DNA of 63,410 nucleotides from Rhodospirillaceae bacterium (GTDB lineage Bacteria > Pseudomonadota > Alphaproteobacteria > UBA6615), in assembly GCA_038132575.1 (NCBI GenBank), contig JAYPRP010000006.1, positions 1-63,410 of the forward strand. Direction: 5' to 3'. The notes under the pieces were generated by a model. It was not told the DNA's origin. It was given only the letters and a program-made list of their open reading frames with translations, and searched no databases. Within the stretch, counting starts at the first letter, position 1, and each line of letters starts with the position of its first letter. Shown in pieces: positions 59,409 to 63,410 of the stretch. The translations under genes were made by a program, and so were the position numbers.

Positions 59409-60731
59409 ATGAGCGACAACGACAACCGAAACGACCGGCGCCCTCCGGGTTTCGAGACCCTGGCGATCCACGCCGGCGCGTCCCCGGACGAGAAAACCGG
59501 CGCGCGCAACATGCCGATCTACCAAACGACGGCCTACGTGTTCGACGACGCGGACCACGCGGCCTCGCTCTTCAACCTGCAAACCTTCGGCTATATCTAT
59601 TCGCGCCTTACCAACCCCACCGTTTCGGCGCTGGAGGAGAAGGTCGCAGCACTGGAGGACGGGCGCGGCGCGGTCGCATGTGCGAGCGGCCACGCGGCCC
59701 AGATGCTGGCCATGTTCGTGCTGATGAACCCGGGCGATAACTTCGTCGCCTCGCGCAACCTCTACGGCGGCTCGGTTACCCAGTTCTCCCACACCTTCCG
59801 GAAGTTCGGCTGGCATGTGAACTTCGTCGATCCGGGCGATCCGGAGAATTTTCGCGCGACCATCGACAACAAGACCAAGGCGATCTTCCTCGAGGTGCTG
59901 GCCAACCCCGGCGGCATCATCGTCGATCTCGAGCCCATCGCCGGGGTTGCGAAGGAGGCGGGTATCCCACTGATCGTCGACAACACCATGGCGACGCCCT
60001 ATCTGTGCCGGCCCTTCGATTGGGGCGCGGACATCTCGATCCACTCGATGACCAAGTTCCTCGGCGGCCACGGCACGTCCATGGGCGGCATCGTCGTCGA
60101 GAGCGGGCATTTCGACTGGGCCCAGAACGATAAGTTCCCGTCGATGACCGAGCCCGACCCGGCCTATCACGGCCTCACCTTCTACGAGACGTTCGGCGAT
60201 TTCGGCTTCTCGACCAAGGCCAAGGCCGTCGCGCTGCGCGACCTGGGCCCGACGCTCGCACCCCAGAATGCGTTCAACATCCTGACCGGCATCGAGAGCC
60301 TGCCGGTGCGCATGGACAGGCACCTGCAGAACGCGCAGGCGGTCGCGGAGTTCCTGGAGGCGCACTCGGCTGTCGACTGGGTCTCCTACGCCGGGCTCAA
60401 GTCGAGCCCCTATCACGCGCTGGCGAAGAAATACCTGCCCAAGGGCCCGGGCTCGGTCTTCACTTTCGGCCTCAAGGGCGGCTACGAGGCGGGCGTGCGC
60501 GCAGTCGAGAGCGTCGAGCTGTTGTCGCACCTTGCGAACATCGGCGACACGCGCTCGCTGATCATCCACCCGGCCTCGACGACCCACCGCCAGCTCACGG
60601 AAGAACAGCAGATCGCATCAGGCGCGGGCCCGGACGTGGTTCGCCTCTCGATCGGGCTGGAGACGGTCGACGACATTATCGCCGACCTCGACCAGGCGCT
60701 CAGCTACGCCCAGGCGAAGGCGGCGGAGTAA
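59409..60731 (+). CDS. metY: O-acetylhomoserine aminocarboxypropyltransferase (sulfhydrylase)
   Basis: PIYQTT, YSRLTNPT, LYGG, VDNT, HSMTKFLGGHG, HLANIGD, HPASTTH. Confidence 0.93.
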   Translation: MSDNDNRNDRRPPGFETLAIHAGASPDEKTGARNMPIYQTTAYVFDDADHAASLFNLQTFGYIYSRLTNPTVSALEEKVAALEDGRGAVACASGHAAQMLAMFVLMNPGDNFVASRNLYGGSVTQFSHTFRKFGWHVNFVDPGDPENFRATIDNKTKAIFLEVLANPGGIIVDLEPIAGVAKEAGIPLIVDNTMATPYLCRPFDWGADISIHSMTKFLGGHGTSMGGIVVESGHFDWAQNDKFPSMTEPDPAYHGLTFYETFGDFGFSTKAKAVALRDLGPTLAPQNAFNILTGIESLPVRMDRHLQNAQAVAEFLEAHSAVDWVSYAGLKSSPYHALAKKYLPKGPGSVFTFGLKGGYEAGVRAVESVELLSHLANIGDTRSLIIHPASTTHRQLTEEQQIASGAGPDVVRLSIGLETVDDIIADLDQALSYAQAKAAE

Positions 60732-60747
60732 GCTACTTCCCGAAACG

Positions 60748-60772
60748 AAAACAGCCCCGCAAGGGGCTGTTT
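60748..60772. terminator. bidirectional rho-independent terminator
   Basis: AAAACAGCCCC-GCAA-GGGGCTGTTT between convergent genes. Confidence 0.85.
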
Positions 60773-60793
60773 CCAAAATATTATATCGGCGCC

Positions 60794-61285
60794 CTACTCG
60801 GCGGCTTCCTTCTGGTACCACTGGGCCGGCATGCCGCCGTTGATGGCGTAGGCCAGCGCTTGGACCACCTGGAACGGCTCGCGGGCCACGCCCTTGGCGG
60901 CCGCGTCCACTTCCTTCAGCGCGTGGTCATGCTCTGTCGGGTGGAGCGTGATGATCGGCTTGCCCAGCGCGGCGGCGTAGCCGGCGTCGAAGGCCGCGTT
61001 CCACTGCTTGTACTTCTCGCCGAAGCGCACGACGACCACGTCAGCGCCCTCGATCAGCGTGCCCGTCCGCACGGAATTCAGGAGCGCGCCCTTGTGATCG
61101 TGCCAGAACTTATCCGGCTCGGAACCGAAGACGGCGACGCCGCAATCGTCGGAATCGTCATGCTCGGTGATCGGCGTGGCAAAGGCGACTGGCAGGCCCG
61201 CCTCGGCGCAGCCATTCTCGATCTGCTCGCGCCAGTCTGAGTGAATTTCACCAGACAGATAAATCTTCCAGACCTTGTCGTTCAT
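60794..61285 (-). CDS. YtoQ family protein (nucleoside 2-deoxyribosyltransferase-like)
   Basis: YLSGEIHSDWR, SDDCG, RFGEKYKQWNAAFDAG, HALKEV. Confidence 0.9.
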   Translation of the reverse strand: MNDKVWKIYLSGEIHSDWREQIENGCAEAGLPVAFATPITEHDDSDDCGVAVFGSEPDKFWHDHKGALLNSVRTGTLIEGADVVVVRFGEKYKQWNAAFDAGYAAALGKPIITLHPTEHDHALKEVDAAAKGVAREPFQVVQALAYAINGGMPAQWYQKEAAE

Positions 61286-61398
61286 GGGTCTTTCCCCGCA
61301 GTTCCTGTGAATGTCGTTGGTCGGGCCGGTTATAACAGAAGCGGTAGAACCCGGCCAACGTGAGCGCAGAAATACAACTGTGCCGCGCCGATTTCGCC

Positions 61399-61460
61399 CT
61401 CATCCTGAGCCTGTCGAAGGAGAGGGCGATATCCGCATGCTTCGACAAGCTCAGCATGAG
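61399..61460. repeat. REP-like palindrome, family B copy 2
   Basis: CTCATCCTGAGCCTGTCGAAGG...CTTCGACAAGCTCAGCATGAG. Confidence 0.85.
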
Positions 61461-61484
61461 AGTTAAGCGTAGCGTGAGGTGGGG

Positions 61485-61835
61485 TCAATTCCAGTGCACG
61501 CCGCTCTCGGTGACAATCCAGTCCAGATAGTCCGCATTTCCTCCGCCCAGGGGGATCTCGGCGATACAAGGTACGTCGTAGCTGTGCAGCGCCTTCACCC
61601 GTTCACTTAGGCTCGGCACGTTTGCCACCGCGGTCTTGAGGATCAGGACCGTCTCCGCTCCCTCCTCGACCGCGCCCTGCCACCAGTAGATAGAACGCAT
61701 GCCCTCGATGATATTGGCGCAGGCCGCGAGCCGTTCGCGCACGACCGCGTCGCCGATCTCCCGCGCCTCGTTAACCGAACCGCAAGTGACGTAGATCATG
61801 CCGACAGCGCGCTCGGGCTTGGTTTTATCCGACAT
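61485..61835 (-). CDS. cutA: divalent-cation tolerance protein CutA
   Basis: LAACANI, SIYWWQG, E...ILKT, HSYDVPCI, YLDWI. Confidence 0.95.
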   Translation of the reverse strand: MSDKTKPERAVGMIYVTCGSVNEAREIGDAVVRERLAACANIIEGMRSIYWWQGAVEEGAETVLILKTAVANVPSLSERVKALHSYDVPCIAEIPLGGGNADYLDWIVTESGVHWN

Positions 61836-61935
61836 TTCAGAACCTTATGGCGAGACTCTTGGCGTGGACGACATTGTACACTACGATCCCTCGCTTTGGC
61901 AGCCGCGGCAAGCAGCTGCAACGTTGGGGGAAGCC

Positions 61936-62247
61936 ATGCCGGCCCGCAGGAAGTTAACGGACGAGAGCAACGTGGTGGCGCTGCAACCGCACCGCCCGCG
62001 CGGTGACCGGAGACCCGAGAAGCGCGGCATCCTCTCTGGCGCCCAGCGCGCCTGGCTCGCACGCGGGCTGGAACAACCGGGCGGCAAGCTTCCACTCTTC
62101 GACCGGGACGGCCAGAAGATCAGCGAGCGCACGGTCAAGAGCTGCATCCGGCACGGTTTCGCGGAGCCCTGGTTCGACAACCCCATCAAGCCGGACTGGC
62201 TGGTCTGCCGCCTTACGGACAAGGGCCGGAACGCACTCGCCGCTTGA
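61936..62247 (+). CDS. conserved hypothetical protein (possible winged-helix)
   Basis: GGGGGA RBS, QPGGKLPLFD...PWF.NPIKPDWLVCRLT.KG. Confidence 0.7.
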   Translation: MPARRKLTDESNVVALQPHRPRGDRRPEKRGILSGAQRAWLARGLEQPGGKLPLFDRDGQKISERTVKSCIRHGFAEPWFDNPIKPDWLVCRLTDKGRNALAA

Positions 62248-62642
62248 TCCGCCTGCGCATTTACCGCGCTCGCTAACCATTCCGAAACCGTGCACCACTA
62301 ATCTGGTGTCCCATCGCACGCCCGCATCAGCGAACCGAGCGGGTGCGCCACTGGTCGCAGCGGCTGACAGCGCAAAACACGGGAGACGAACCTGATTACA
62401 GCCCCTTGGAGACCCTTGCGGATTCAGAGAAGCGGCGTCTGTGTGCCTGCGCGTGGGTGGTAGGCGCGGTCGATCAGCTAGCCACTTTCAGGGTCGCTAA
62501 CCAGACCCAATGCTCGACCAGGCTCCAATCTCCATAGGCACTATCTCCGGCCTTGCCTGTTTCGGCATGGCCCCTGCCAACCATGCGACAGATGGGACGA
62601 AAACATACCCGCTTATTCACTAGGGGATGGCCGGCCTATCGT

Positions 62643-63410
62643 TTATTTTGAGTTCCGGTACTTTTCAAAAAATTTGATGGTCTGTTTGATAGCATCATCG
62701 AGAAGCTCTCGACCTTTCCCCTTGCCCCCCTCTTGAGTGAGGCACTTTTTCAAATCCGCTCTCTGAATCTCTGTGCCGTCGAAATGCCGAAGCCTCCTTC
62801 CATCAAAAAATATTGGATTCTTCGAACATCCATTAAAAGCAGCACCATTGAAATAAATCTCACCATTTAAGCTAAAGAAATGGTTCCCGCCAACCAGCAA
62901 GCTAATATCAACAGGGTTTCCTATTTTCTTGTGCCGCTCAACAACCAACTTACAAGCAATTGGATAGTAGTGGCTTTCTGTTCCTTTAAGAATCAGAAGT
63001 GGGTAAGGAATAGATATTGTTGGTTCTACGCTTACATTACAGCCTGGCTCCGCTGCCACTATCGCCTTCCAGGCGCTATCGTTAGGAGGAAGCAGCTGCC
63101 GCATAGCGGCATTATCCGCTCCATAACTAAACCCACTTAAAAATGTATTTGACCCGTCTAGACTTGGATATTTTTCTAGTATTTTCGATCTGAACTGCGA
63201 GATATATTGGTCTGCTCTGGGAAACTTACGTTTATCAGATGGTAAAATTCCCTTCCCCTCAAAGGCATCCAATACTGCGAATGCATAGCCATTTTCCAGT
63301 GCGGCTCTTCTGAGCCGTGTCCCATGCTCATCGGTTCGCCCAATGCCACCTTCGAACTGAAAACCATCTCGACTACTGCCATGTTGGTGAAAAATCAGGG
63401 GGTAAGGTAC
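62643..63410 (-). CDS. low-GC alpha/beta hydrolase (dienelactone-hydrolase-like), 5' end outside window
   Basis: The frame stays open to the window edge (VPYPLIFHQHGSS...GYAFAVLDAFEG), with nucleophile elbow GFSYG and GGNH. Confidence 0.75.
   Translation of the reverse strand, partial: VPYPLIFHQHGSSRDGFQFEGGIGRTDEHGTRLRRAALENGYAFAVLDAFEGKGILPSDKRKFPRADQYISQFRSKILEKYPSLDGSNTFLSGFSYGADNAAMRQLLPPNDSAWKAIVAAEPGCNVSVEPTISIPYPLLILKGTESHYYPIACKLVVERHKKIGNPVDISLLVGGNHFFSLNGEIYFNGAAFNGCSKNPIFFDGRRLRHFDGTEIQRADLKKCLTQEGGKGKGRELLDDAIKQTIKFFEKYRNSK

Overview
This is a GC-rich alphaproteobacterial chromosome segment. It is probably from Rhodospirillales sensu lato, since tRNA-His keeps G-1:C73. The backbone is ordinary housekeeping: lon(5' part)-clpX-clpP-tig-tRNA-Leu-nnr-tRNA-His, sigma54/NtrC-driven glnB-glnA, parE, a DEAD-box helicase, a cold-shock gene, typA, xdhAB with a guanine deaminase, tRNA-Glu, recJ-glpX-hom-alaC, phaC, argC, a betaine/TMAO-type ABC transporter, rplM-rpsI, metY and cutA. 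Accessory content comprises (i) an unregulated-looking catabolic patch at 19.5-29.2 kb, (ii) three FrsA/DHPON-hydrolase-like paralogs, (iii) a decayed low-GC islet at the 3' end of tRNA-Glu in which an MFS gene sits between the 5' and 3' remnants of an IS3 element, (iv) an iota-class (COG4337-like) carbonic anhydrase, (v) two families of REP-like palindromes confined to the right-hand quarter, and (vi) a second low-GC segment running off the right edge. At least seven accessory genes carry stops, frameshifts, a 49-bp duplication or deletions, while core genes look intact. I found no CRISPR array, prophage, integrase, reverse transcriptase or defence operon, and I cannot support a complete new multi-gene system. 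The best leads are the IS3-shell MFS cassette, a lysine-free acidic tandem-domain protein, the iota-CA, a gamma/betaproteobacterial-type TypA, a perfect palindrome upstream of rplM and an AT-rich patch inside a GC-rich gene. All calls are from manual reading and motif recall, with no database searches.
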